Positions 23,888 through 33,079 of a DNA stretch of 64,000 bases are shown here, one piece after another. Source of the DNA: Pseudomonadales bacterium. Its GTDB lineage: Bacteria > Pseudomonadota > Gammaproteobacteria > Pseudomonadales > UBA7239. Numbering within the stretch: the first letter of the stretch is position 1; each line of letters starts with the position of its first letter. The notes under the pieces are model-generated. The model had not been told where the DNA came from, did no database searches, and saw only the letters and a program-made list of their open reading frames with translations. The translations under genes were made by a program, and so were the position numbers. The stretch is taken from the NCBI GenBank assembly GCA_041395665.1, contig JAWLAB010000004.1:42227-106226 (forward strand). The letters are read 5' to 3'.

Positions 23888-23944
23888 CCACTATAGGCCG
23901 AATAGTAAGTTTTTCAAAATGGATTGTTTTTATGGTTTCAATAG
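23888..23944 (-). promoter_or_regulatory. Predicted ahpC promoter plus OxyR-type operator module (copy 1)
   Basis: In gene orientation: CTATTGAAACCATAAAAACAATCCATTTT, then TTGAAA-16 nt-TATAGT. Lies 35-91 nt upstream of the ahpC ATG. ATAG/CTAT-type tetranucleotides recur at roughly helical spacing. Confidence 0.6.
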
Positions 23945-23951
23945 GTTTTGT

Positions 23952-25157
23952 CTATTGATCTTGAGGCGGTTCGCTAGTGTGCAGCTCTACGCCGTACAAC
24001 CACTCTTTGACGAGTGAATAACCCAACGCCAACAGCGTGGGGCCGAGAAACACGCCTAGTGCGCCAAATTGAATGGCTCCACCTAGAATGCCCAGCATAA
24101 TCAAAATAAAAGGTAGATTGCTGTTTTGGCCAATGAGTAGCGGTTTGATGACATTGTCAGCAGAACCGGCGATACCTGCGCACCAAGCCACCATGAAAAT
24201 CGCCATGTAAATTTGATCATTTTGGTACAACCAGAATGCTGCCGGCCCCCAAATCAAGAAAGAGCCAAAAGGCACGAGCGACAACAAAATGGCGAGAAAA
24301 GTGAGTCCTGCGGCTGAAGGAATGCCTGCAATGAACAGCGTGAACCCCACGAGAAAGCCTTGTGCCAATGCAGTACCGAGGATGCCAAATACAACCCCCT
24401 GCATGGTGCCGCCAGCAATCGCCAATAAACGCTCTGCGCGGTGATTGCCGCCAGAGATACGGCGCACGCCGGTTTGCAGCCAGAGCGTAACGGAGGGAAG
24501 CCCAGCGTAGAAAAACAGCGATACAAAGCAGCTCAGCAGTAGCATGCCTACGCTTTGTCCTGTCACTGCGCCAAATTTGATCAGTCCTTTCACGACAACC
24601 ATCGCCGCGTCGTTGACTTGTTGGCGCACGGCAGGGTCGCCCAATACCAATTTTTCCCACCATTCTTGAATGGTGGGGCCGACCCAACGAACTCCTACCA
24701 GCCACTCGGGCAGTGTCGGCATGCCACCTTGTAAGTGCGAAGTTAAACGGATGACATACGCACTGGTCACGCCACCGAAGCTGAGCACGGCATACATTAG
24801 TGGTAGCACCACTAAACAGAAAATAGCGAGTACTAACAGTGAAGCTGACAGCCAGTTGCGACCCCCCAGTTTTTCATTGATAAACCAGTACACATGGCGC
24901 GTAGAAAAAACAAAGATAGCTGCCCAAACCAGCGCCGAAGAAAATGGCAGCAAAATCATCACGCAGCCAGCGACGAGTAAGCCTAGTGCAATCAAAGTGG
25001 ATACGGGTTCGAGTAGGCGGCGTTCGTACACAGCAACATTCCTCTGTTGGTCGTCTTTGTCGATAAATTGGGCAACAAGAGCCGCATGGTAACATGCGCA
25101 ACATTCATGAAAACGGAGCGTGAGACATGCAGGCACAGATTCTAACCATGCTGACAT
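23952..25157 (-). CDS. AI-2E family transporter (PerM/YhhT-like permease); start uncertain
   Basis: Polytopic membrane ORF with a conserved C-terminal region (...IKPLLIGQNSNLPFILIMLGILGGAIQFGALGVFLGPTLLALGY). The longest ORF overlaps the divergent 25127 gene. An in-frame GTG at 25031 with AGAGGA upstream is an alternative start. Confidence 0.8.
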   Translation of the reverse strand: MSAWLESVPACLTLRFHECCACYHAALVAQFIDKDDQQRNVAVYERRLLEPVSTLIALGLLVAGCVMILLPFSSALVWAAIFVFSTRHVYWFINEKLGGRNWLSASLLVLAIFCLVVLPLMYAVLSFGGVTSAYVIRLTSHLQGGMPTLPEWLVGVRWVGPTIQEWWEKLVLGDPAVRQQVNDAAMVVVKGLIKFGAVTGQSVGMLLLSCFVSLFFYAGLPSVTLWLQTGVRRISGGNHRAERLLAIAGGTMQGVVFGILGTALAQGFLVGFTLFIAGIPSAAGLTFLAILLSLVPFGSFLIWGPAAFWLYQNDQIYMAIFMVAWCAGIAGSADNVIKPLLIGQNSNLPFILIMLGILGGAIQFGALGVFLGPTLLALGYSLVKEWLYGVELHTSEPPQDQ

Positions 25158-25747
25158 TGCAAGACAGCATGAACTGTAAAGTGCACCCGCAATGGCGTGA
25201 GCAAGGTTACGAATGGCATCGCGCGATTTGGGTGGAGTGTGCGGAATTGATGGATCACTACGGCTGGAAATGGTGGAAAAAACAGCAGCCTGATATTGAA
25301 CAAGTGCGTTTGGAATTAATCGATATTATGCACTTCGGTTTGAGTAGTTTATTGGCGCAAAACAAGCCTGCTGACGAATTGGCAGATCAATTGGCTGTGG
25401 CTTTGTCAGTGCATTATGATAAAAAAGATTTTCGCGCAACTTTGGAAGATTTTGTGCAAGCCACACTCAATCAACGCGCTTTTGTGTTGGATGCTTTCGT
25501 GCAGCTGATGGCGGCGGCAGAGTTTGATTTTGATGCGCTATATCGCGGCTATATCGGCAAAAATGTACTGAATTTTTTTCGCCAAGATCATGGCTATAAA
25601 GACGGCAGTTATGTGAAAAACTGGGCGGGGCGTGAAGATAACGAACATTTGGTGGAGTTGATGACGAGCTTGGATGCCGCCAGCGATACTTTCAAAGATG
25701 AGTTATATGCAGGTTTGTCACAACGCTACAAAAAAATGGTTGGATGA
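25127..25747 (+). CDS. Dimeric (all-alpha) dUTPase-family protein
   Basis: 206 aa. QDSMNCKVHPQWREQGYEWHRAIWVECAELMDHYGWKWWKK...ELIDIMHF resembles the dimeric dUTPase (dUTPase_2) family. Assignment is from memory. Confidence 0.65.
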   Translation: MQAQILTMLTLQDSMNCKVHPQWREQGYEWHRAIWVECAELMDHYGWKWWKKQQPDIEQVRLELIDIMHFGLSSLLAQNKPADELADQLAVALSVHYDKKDFRATLEDFVQATLNQRAFVLDAFVQLMAAAEFDFDALYRGYIGKNVLNFFRQDHGYKDGSYVKNWAGREDNEHLVELMTSLDAASDTFKDELYAGLSQRYKKMVG

Positions 25748-25752
25748 AAACA

Positions 25753-26466
25753 CTAGCGGCGCAGTAGCAGTGATTTAAGCCACTTCCACCAGCTGTTGCC
25801 GCTCAACACCCATTTATCAATATCATCAAACTGTTTAGCCAGTGCTTCGGGGTGTGCATAAAACAGCGTGCGTGTGCGAAATTCTGCGTTTACATCCAGT
25901 TCTTTGACGATGCGTGCAGGATTGCCAGCTACGATGACATTTGGCGGTACATCTTTCGTCACGACGCTGCATGCGGCGATAATGCTGTTATCGCCAATCG
26001 TGACACCTTTTAACACGGTCGCGTGATCGCCCACCCAGACATTGTTGCCAATTCGTACGGGGTAAGCTTGTGCATCGCGCTCAGTGCGATCATAAATACC
26101 GTGCCAATCGCAATCCGTAATATATGCGCCGTTGGCAAACATACAGCCATCGCCAATAATAATTTCGTCCGATGCAGAAATACGCACGCCCGGAGAAATC
26201 ATCACGGCGTCGCCAATGCGGATTGTGCCTTTGTCTTGCTCGCGTCCCCATACGCCGATGCGCACGCGTTGATCGGCTTCTGCAACGATGGTGGGTGATT
26301 CGCCGATGTGAATGTTGTCACCAGAAATAACCGTGTACCATGGTTTGGTGATCGTGTGAAACTTGCCGAGAGATGCGCATTCTGGGCGCAAAAAATATTC
26401 CGCATACCAGTGGCGAAAACGCAACCAAGTTTTCTTGACGAGGTAAGGGCGCAAATCTTGTTTCAT
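25753..26466 (-). CDS. Hexapeptide-repeat acetyltransferase (maltose/galactoside O-acetyltransferase-like)
   Basis: 237 aa. Left-handed beta-helix repeats ending ...IGNNVWVGDHATVLKGVTIGDNSIIAACSVVTKDVPPNVIVAGNPARIVKEL. Confidence 0.8.
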   Translation of the reverse strand: MKQDLRPYLVKKTWLRFRHWYAEYFLRPECASLGKFHTITKPWYTVISGDNIHIGESPTIVAEADQRVRIGVWGREQDKGTIRIGDAVMISPGVRISASDEIIIGDGCMFANGAYITDCDWHGIYDRTERDAQAYPVRIGNNVWVGDHATVLKGVTIGDNSIIAACSVVTKDVPPNVIVAGNPARIVKELDVNAEFRTRTLFYAHPEALAKQFDDIDKWVLSGNSWWKWLKSLLLRR

Positions 26467-26486
26467 GATGAATTTTTATTGAAAAA

Positions 26487-28154
26487 TTAATCGAGATTCA
26501 AATTGATACGCTGCCCCGGCTTGATGACTGCGCTACTTTTGCTAAAGCCATTCCAGCGTTTAATGTCTTCTACAGGGACTTTGTATTTGCGTGAGATCGC
26601 CATCAAAGTATCACCACTTTTTACGGTGTAAGTGGTTTTCTTTTTGCTGGTGCTGCTGGCTTTAGATGATGATTTGCTGCTGCGTTCTGTGGCATTGCTG
26701 CGGCTCGATGCTTCAAAGGTTTGATGGACGCGTCCGTCGCTAGTTGATGTGGAGCGGCTGCGTTTGCTTGATGCACCGGAGGCTTTGCTAGATGAGCTGC
26801 TAGACAACGCCAGCGTCTGCCCGAGCTTAAGCGTATCGCTGGCGCCGAGCCCATTGAGTTGACGCAAAGTGCTGGCGCTGACGCCTGTGCGTTTAGCAAC
26901 AGACCACAGCGTATCCCCTGATTTAACGGTATAGCTGCGAGTGCTGCCGCCGCTGTTACTGCCACTGCTGCGAATGATGCTGGCGCTGCTGGTACTGCCG
27001 TTGGAGGATTTGTTTTTGGGGTTGCGCGCGGCTTTGTCTTCCAATGCCTGTACATGCGGGTTGAAAGAGTCGGTAGTATTGGCGCTGGTGTTGGGCATCA
27101 AGTCGCTGCTGCTCATATTGGCAATGCGTTCTTGCAGGTCATTGGCTTGATCGATAGGAACCAGTAGGCGATAAGGCCCCCCTGGTGGTGTTGCCCAGCG
27201 GCTGATGCCTGGGTTCAGCAGGTGCATTTCGTCGCTGTCGACTTGCGCCAAATCCGCCGCAAAACCGACATCAATCTGCCCGCTGAAGTGCACTTCAGCA
27301 AAGTAGGGCAGGTCGGGAATATACGCCCAGTTGATGCCATAGGTTTCTGGGTGCTGACTGATCTGTGCCAGCGCCAGCAACTTAGGCACATAGGCGGCAG
27401 TTTCCGCGGGAACATCCAAACTCCAGTAGTCGGTGGGCAGACCGCGTGCTCTGTTTTTGGCGACGGCTTTGTCGATAGTTCCCCAGCCCGCGTTGTAGGC
27501 GGCCAGTGCTTTTAGCCAGTCGCCGTCGTAGTGGTCGCGTAGAAAGACTAGGTAGTCGAGTGCTTTGTTGGTGGCGACGGGGATATCGCGACGCGAGTCA
27601 TACCACCAGTTCATGTCCATCTTTAAATGCTTGGCGGTGCCAGGGATGAACTGCCACAGGCCTGAGGCGTTGCTGGTAGAGACAGCAAATGGGTTGTACG
27701 CGCTTTCAACGATGGGCAACAGTGCCAGCTCACCTGGCAAGTTGCGTGCCTCTAACTGACCTGCCACATAGTGCAGATAGCGTGAAGCGCGCGCGGATAC
27801 ACGGTTTAGGTAAGCTTGATGGCTGGTATACCACCGGCGCTCGGTGAGGATGCGAGGGTTGGTGGTGCTATTGGGTAATTGGTAGCGACTTTCTATCCGG
27901 CGCCACAGGCTGGGAGCGAGGGCTGGAGCTCTGCGCCATTCGGCGCGGCACTGCTTGCCATCACTTTGCACATTGTAAGAAAAAAGTGAAAAGTGGAATT
28001 TTCGATACGCATTCTTACCACTTTTATCCGACAACGATTCACAGCCAGCCAGCACCAAAAAGGCGAAGCCGAATAATAGGATGCGGGCGAGCAAAGTGCG
28101 GGAGGGGTTCATCAGTGCGTCACAAAAAACGGTCAAGAATTGTCGGGCATTCAT
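26487..28154 (-). CDS. mltD: Membrane-bound lytic murein transglycosylase D-like lipoprotein with LysM repeats
   Basis: Lipobox FLVLAGC. SLT catalytic region LPIVESAYNPFAVSTSNASGLWQFIPGT. Three C-terminal LysM-like units (YTVKSGDTLWSVAKR..., LKLGQTL..., YTVKSGDTLMAISRKY...) separated by Ser-rich linkers. ATG 28112 is an alternative start. Confidence 0.88.
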   Translation of the reverse strand: MNARQFLTVFCDALMNPSRTLLARILLFGFAFLVLAGCESLSDKSGKNAYRKFHFSLFSYNVQSDGKQCRAEWRRAPALAPSLWRRIESRYQLPNSTTNPRILTERRWYTSHQAYLNRVSARASRYLHYVAGQLEARNLPGELALLPIVESAYNPFAVSTSNASGLWQFIPGTAKHLKMDMNWWYDSRRDIPVATNKALDYLVFLRDHYDGDWLKALAAYNAGWGTIDKAVAKNRARGLPTDYWSLDVPAETAAYVPKLLALAQISQHPETYGINWAYIPDLPYFAEVHFSGQIDVGFAADLAQVDSDEMHLLNPGISRWATPPGGPYRLLVPIDQANDLQERIANMSSSDLMPNTSANTTDSFNPHVQALEDKAARNPKNKSSNGSTSSASIIRSSGSNSGGSTRSYTVKSGDTLWSVAKRTGVSASTLRQLNGLGASDTLKLGQTLALSSSSSSKASGASSKRSRSTSTSDGRVHQTFEASSRSNATERSSKSSSKASSTSKKKTTYTVKSGDTLMAISRKYKVPVEDIKRWNGFSKSSAVIKPGQRINLNLD

Positions 28155-28280
28155 AGGTATTTTTCCAGCCCGTTATTTGGATAGAGAGGCGAGTTGGCGA
28201 CTCAGAACCCTGTGCAAGGCAGGGGCTTTTGGGTAACATGGCGACCACTTATTGGTTTATTTTTTCCTCTTGGAGCCCAT

Positions 28281-28733
28281 GTGTCTGTTGCTGCACTGGA
28301 CAAGGTAGAAATTCTCGCCCACAACTGGTCTTTTGGTATTTTTCTGCTCGTCATCGCCGTTATCTGCGTGCTGATGTTGGGTGTGTCATGGTTGGTGGGT
28401 GGGCGATATCGCGGTCGCGCCAAAAATGATCCGTTTGAGTCTGGGGTCGTATCCGTTGGTAGTGCGCGTTTGCGCTTTTCCGCCAAGTTTTATCTCACAG
28501 CGATGTTTTTTGTTATTTTCGATGTGGAAGCGCTCTTTCTGTACGCATGGGCTGTGTCTGTGCGTGAATCTGGATGGGTCGGCTTTATCGAAGCCTTGAT
28601 TTTTATCGTCGTACTGCTGGCTGGCTTGGTCTATGTTTGGCGGATTGGTGCGTTGGATTGGGCGCCAGAATCACGCCGCAAGCGTACACAAAACCCAGTT
28701 GATGCTGCTCGCGATACACCGACTCATTCGTAA
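28281..28733 (+). CDS. nuoA: NADH-quinone oxidoreductase subunit A
   Basis: GGAG Shine-Dalgarno 6 nt before GTG 28281. NDPFESGV and [11 protein letters not shown] motifs. The 28194 track start is probably too long. Confidence 0.9.
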   Translation: MSVAALDKVEILAHNWSFGIFLLVIAVICVLMLGVSWLVGGRYRGRAKNDPFESGVVSVGSARLRFSAKFYLTAMFFVIFDVEALFLYAWAVSVRESGWVGFIEALIFIVVLLAGLVYVWRIGALDWAPESRRKRTQNPVDAARDTPTHS

Positions 28734-28758
28734 CACTGCTTTCTGATCTGAGGTAAAA

Positions 28759-29430
28759 ATGGATTACACGCTAACTCGCATTGATCCCGACGAGCCAGGA
28801 CGCTACCCACCTATCAGCCGCCAACAAGTAGCGGATCCATTGGAAGAACAAGTTCATAAAAATATTTTTTTAGGAAAATTAGAAAATCTTTTGCACGGAG
28901 CGGTGAACTGGGGGCGCAAAAATTCGCTCTGGCCGTACAACTTTGGCTTGTCTTGCTGTTATGTCGAAATGGCGACTTCTTTCACTTCGCCACACGATGT
29001 TGCGCGCTTTGGTGCAGAAGTTATTCGCGCGTCACCCAGACAAGCGGATTTGATGGTGGTGGCGGGTACTTGCTTCATCAAAATGGCACCCGTAGTGCAG
29101 CGTTTGTATGAGCAAATGCTAGAGCCAAAATGGGTGATTTCTATGGGTTCCTGTGCCAATTCAGGCGGTATGTATGACATCTATTCGGTTGTGCAAGGTG
29201 TGGATAAATTTTTGCCAGTGGATGTGTATATTCCAGGCTGTCCACCGCGCCCAGAAGCGTTTTTGCAGGGCTTAATGTTGCTGCAAGATGCGATTGGCAA
29301 AGAGCGCAGACCGCTGTCGTGGGTCGTCGGTGAGCAAGGTGTTTATAAAGCCAATATGCCGGCGCAGCGCGATTTAAAACAAGCAGAACGCAATGCTGTG
29401 CAAGTATTGCGAACACCTGATCAAATTTAA
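28759..29430 (+). CDS. nuoB: NADH-quinone oxidoreductase subunit B
   Basis: GLSCCYVEM and [10 protein letters not shown]2-cluster cysteine motifs. Confidence 0.96.
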   Translation: MDYTLTRIDPDEPGRYPPISRQQVADPLEEQVHKNIFLGKLENLLHGAVNWGRKNSLWPYNFGLSCCYVEMATSFTSPHDVARFGAEVIRASPRQADLMVVAGTCFIKMAPVVQRLYEQMLEPKWVISMGSCANSGGMYDIYSVVQGVDKFLPVDVYIPGCPPRPEAFLQGLMLLQDAIGKERRPLSWVVGEQGVYKANMPAQRDLKQAERNAVQVLRTPDQI

Positions 29431-29453
29431 TTTTTTGTATCGGAATCAAAGGC

Positions 29454-31250
29454 GTGACGCAAGAAACCGACACACAAGCACAAGATACCAATACTGCATC
29501 TCCTGCTGGATTTGAGTATGAAGTGGTGCGTGAACTGCATACACAATTTGGCGAAAGCGCATTCCATTTTCAACGCACGCGTGATGGTGTGCCGACCGTG
29601 TGGGTGGCGCGCGAGCAGTTAAAAGCGGTGCTACTTTTTTTACGCAATCTGCCGCGCCCTTATGTCATGTTGTACGACTTATCTGCGATCGATGAACAGT
29701 TGCGTACTTATCGTCGCGGTCAGCCAGCTTCAGAGTTTACGGTTTTTTATCACCTGTTATCGATCGAAAGAAACAGTGATGTGCGTATCAAAGTTGCGTT
29801 GAAGGCCAGTGATTTGAATTTGCCAAGTGTGGTGGGGATTTGGCCCAACGCGAATTGGTACGAGCGCGAAGTGTGGGATATGTTCGGTATCACCTTTGAA
29901 GGGCATCCGCATTTATCGCGTATTTTGATGCCAGCACATTGGCAAGGGCATCCGCTGCGCAAAAGTTATCCAGCGCGTGCTACCGAATTTGACCCATTTT
30001 ATTTGGATGCCGCGAAACAAGATGCTGAGCAGGAATCACTGCGTTTCAAGCCAGAAGATTGGGGCATGAAACGCAGCACCGAGAACGAAGACTTCATGTT
30101 TCTCAATCTCGGTCCGAATCACCCGTCTGCGCACGGTGCTTTCCGTATTGTGTTGCAGCTGGATGGCGAAGAAATTGTCGATTGCGTACCCGATATTGGT
30201 TATCACCATCGCGGCGCGGAAAAAATGGCGGAGCGTCAAAGCTGGCACTCATTTATTCCCTACACTGATCGCATCGATTATCTCGGCGGTGTGATGAACA
30301 ACCTGCCGTATGTGTTGGCAGTTGAAAAATTGGCAGGCATCAAAGTGCCGGCGCGCGTGGAAGTGATACGCGTGATGATGGCAGAGTTTTTCCGTATCAC
30401 TTCGCATCTGCTGTTTCTCGGTACTTATGTGCAAGATGTCGGCGGTATGACGCCGATTTTCTTCATGTTTACCGACAGACAAAAAGCTTACGATGTGATT
30501 GAAGCGATCACTGGTTTTCGTATGCATCCGGCGTGGTATCGCATCGGCGGTGTAGCGCACGATTTGCCGCGCGGTTGGGATGTGAAAGTGCGCGAGTTTT
30601 TGGATTGGATGCCAAAACGCCTTGACGAATACGAAAAAGCAGCGTTCAAAAACGGTATTTTGCGTGCGCGAACAATTGGTATCGCGCAGTACAACAGCAA
30701 AGAAGCGTTGGAATGGGGTGTCACCGGCGCAGGTTTGCGCTCAACGGGTATCGATTACGATTTGCGTAAAAAACGCCCGTATTCCGGTTACGAACAATTT
30801 GATTTTGAAGTGCCGTTGGCGGTGAATGGCGATGCTTACGATCGTGCGATGGTGCGTTTAGAAGAAGTGCGTCAGAGTTTGCGCATTATTCGTCAGTGTT
30901 TGGAAAACATGCCAGAAGGGCCGTATAAAGCCGATCACCCATTAACTTGTCCGCCGCCGAAAGAGCGCACGCTGAAAGATATTGAAACGCTGATTACGCA
31001 CTTTCTCAGTGTTTCGTGGGGGCCTGTCATGCCCGCTGGCGAAAGTAGCCAGATGATTGAGGCAACTAAAGGCATCAACAGTTATTACCTTGTGTCGGAT
31101 GCGAGCACCATGAGTTATCGCACACGCATTCGCACACCCAGCTTCCCACATTTGCAACAAATTCCTTCGGTGATTCGCGGCTCTATGGTTGCGGATTTGA
31201 TTGCCTATTTGGCTTCTATTGACTTTGTGATGGCCGATGTCGACCGTTAA
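29454..31250 (+). CDS. nuoC: NADH-quinone oxidoreductase fused subunit C/D
   Basis: 598 aa. The NuoC part ([17 protein letters not shown]) is fused to the NuoD part ([16 protein letters not shown] ... HHRGAEK), as in E. coli and Pseudomonas NuoCD. Confidence 0.95.
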   Translation: MTQETDTQAQDTNTASPAGFEYEVVRELHTQFGESAFHFQRTRDGVPTVWVAREQLKAVLLFLRNLPRPYVMLYDLSAIDEQLRTYRRGQPASEFTVFYHLLSIERNSDVRIKVALKASDLNLPSVVGIWPNANWYEREVWDMFGITFEGHPHLSRILMPAHWQGHPLRKSYPARATEFDPFYLDAAKQDAEQESLRFKPEDWGMKRSTENEDFMFLNLGPNHPSAHGAFRIVLQLDGEEIVDCVPDIGYHHRGAEKMAERQSWHSFIPYTDRIDYLGGVMNNLPYVLAVEKLAGIKVPARVEVIRVMMAEFFRITSHLLFLGTYVQDVGGMTPIFFMFTDRQKAYDVIEAITGFRMHPAWYRIGGVAHDLPRGWDVKVREFLDWMPKRLDEYEKAAFKNGILRARTIGIAQYNSKEALEWGVTGAGLRSTGIDYDLRKKRPYSGYEQFDFEVPLAVNGDAYDRAMVRLEEVRQSLRIIRQCLENMPEGPYKADHPLTCPPPKERTLKDIETLITHFLSVSWGPVMPAGESSQMIEATKGINSYYLVSDASTMSYRTRIRTPSFPHLQQIPSVIRGSMVADLIAYLASIDFVMADVDR

Positions 31251-31764
31251 ATTTACACAACAGAAAACCGTGTTGGCGACAGATCGTCCGTCGCGCTACG
31301 CCTTTCACCCAGAAGATCGCGAAAGTATTTTGCATGCGATTCACCATTACGACGATGCGCGCGCTGCATCCATTGATGCATTAAAAATTGTGCAAAAACG
31401 CCACGGCTGGGTGCCAGATGAAGCCATTGATGCGATTGGTGGCTTGTTAGGTATTCCCGGCTCCGATGTTGAAGGTGTTGCTACTTTTTATAATTTGATT
31501 TTTCGCCGCCCTGTGGGTCGTCATGTCATCAAAGTGTGCGACAGCATCGGCTGTTTTTTAACCGGCTATGAAGAATTAACTGCTGCGATAAAAAAACATT
31601 TAGGTATTGAGTACGGGCAAACCACAGCCGATGGTCGTTTCACTTTGTTGCCGATTTGTTGTTTGGGTAATTGCGACAAAGGTCCAACGCTGATGATCGA
31701 CAACGACACACACGGCTCTGTGCAAATTGCTGATGTACCTGCGTTATTGGAGCGTTATGTATGA
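31237..31764 (+). CDS. nuoE: NADH-quinone oxidoreductase subunit E
   Basis: [30 protein letters not shown] ... [10 protein letters not shown] 2Fe-2S motifs, near-collinear with E. coli NuoE. Confidence 0.95.
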   Translation: MSTVKFTQQKTVLATDRPSRYAFHPEDRESILHAIHHYDDARAASIDALKIVQKRHGWVPDEAIDAIGGLLGIPGSDVEGVATFYNLIFRRPVGRHVIKVCDSIGCFLTGYEELTAAIKKHLGIEYGQTTADGRFTLLPICCLGNCDKGPTLMIDNDTHGSVQIADVPALLERYV

Positions 31765-33071
31765 ACGCGCAAAAATCTGCTGAAACGCACCCGCTGACAT
31801 GGCGCTTAGATCATCTAAAAGATCGCGCGTTGGATTTGCCGCTGTACGAAAGTTTGGAAGGCTTTTCTGCCTTGCGCAAAGTGGTTAAAGACATGGCGCC
31901 GCAAGAAGTCCAACAATTAATTAAAGATGCCAATTTGCGCGGTCGCGGCGGTGCAGGTTTCTCAGCGGGCATTAAATGGTCGTTAGTGCCAATGGGTGAA
32001 GGTGCGCCTAAACATAAATACTTGGTGTGCAACGCCGACGAAATGGAGCCGGGCACATTTAAAGATCGTTTGTTGATGGAGCAGTTACCGCATCAATTGG
32101 TCGAATCCATGATTGTTGCTGGTTACGCTTTGCAAGTTTCTAAAGCGTATATTTTTCTGCGCGGCGAATATGTTGTTGCTGCGCATCATCTCAATCGCGC
32201 GATTGCAGAAGCGAAAGCGGCAGGCTATCTCGGTGAAAATATTTTAGGCAGTGGCTGGGGCATGGAATTGTTCGTGCACACTGGCGCTGGTCGTTACATT
32301 TGCGGTGAAGAAACTGCGTTAATTAATTCGTTAGAAGGTCGTCGCGCTAATCCGCGTGCGAAACCGCCGTTTCCGCAAGTGTCTGGTTTGTGGGGCAAGC
32401 CGACCGTCGTCAACAATGTTGAAACGCTCAACAATGTGCCGGCGATTGTTGTGCGCGGTGCGGATTGGTTTAAAGGTTTATCGCAAGGAAAAAGTCCTGA
32501 TGCGGGAACCAAGTTGTACGGTATGTCGGGTCGCACCAAACGCACAGGTGTGTGGGAATTACCTATTGGCACAACAGCGCGCGAAATTTTGGAAGATTAC
32601 GCGGGCGGTATGCAGGACGGTTTGGATTTGATGTGCTGGCTGCCTGGTGGCGCATCCACCGATTTTTTGATGCCAGACCATCTCGATTTAGCGATGGATT
32701 ACGACACCATCATGAAGGCCGGTAGCCGTATGGGCACTGGTTTGATTATGGCGGTGGACAGCAAGCAGAACATTATTTCCGTAGTGAGAAATTTAGAACA
32801 ATTTTTTGCGCGTGAATCTTGCGGCTGGTGTACGCCGTGTCGCGATGGTCTGCCGTGGACAGTGAAAGTGTTGCAAGCCATAGAGCGCGGCGAAGGCGTG
32901 GTGGGCGATATTGAAATGCTTGAACAAACCACGCGCTTTCTCGGGCCGGGAAAAACATTTTGTGCGCACGCACCGGGCGCGATGGAGCCTTTGCAAAGCG
33001 CATTGAAATATTTTCGTGAAGATTTCGAACGAGGCATTCAAAATGCCTCGCCAGAAAAACAGGTAGGGTGA
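31761..33071 (+). CDS. nuoF: NADH-quinone oxidoreductase subunit F
   Basis: [20 protein letters not shown] site and [12 protein letters not shown] 4Fe-4S motif. Confidence 0.96.
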   Translation: MNAQKSAETHPLTWRLDHLKDRALDLPLYESLEGFSALRKVVKDMAPQEVQQLIKDANLRGRGGAGFSAGIKWSLVPMGEGAPKHKYLVCNADEMEPGTFKDRLLMEQLPHQLVESMIVAGYALQVSKAYIFLRGEYVVAAHHLNRAIAEAKAAGYLGENILGSGWGMELFVHTGAGRYICGEETALINSLEGRRANPRAKPPFPQVSGLWGKPTVVNNVETLNNVPAIVVRGADWFKGLSQGKSPDAGTKLYGMSGRTKRTGVWELPIGTTAREILEDYAGGMQDGLDLMCWLPGGASTDFLMPDHLDLAMDYDTIMKAGSRMGTGLIMAVDSKQNIISVVRNLEQFFARESCGWCTPCRDGLPWTVKVLQAIERGEGVVGDIEMLEQTTRFLGPGKTFCAHAPGAMEPLQSALKYFREDFERGIQNASPEKQVG

Positions 33072-33079
33072 TAGACAAC

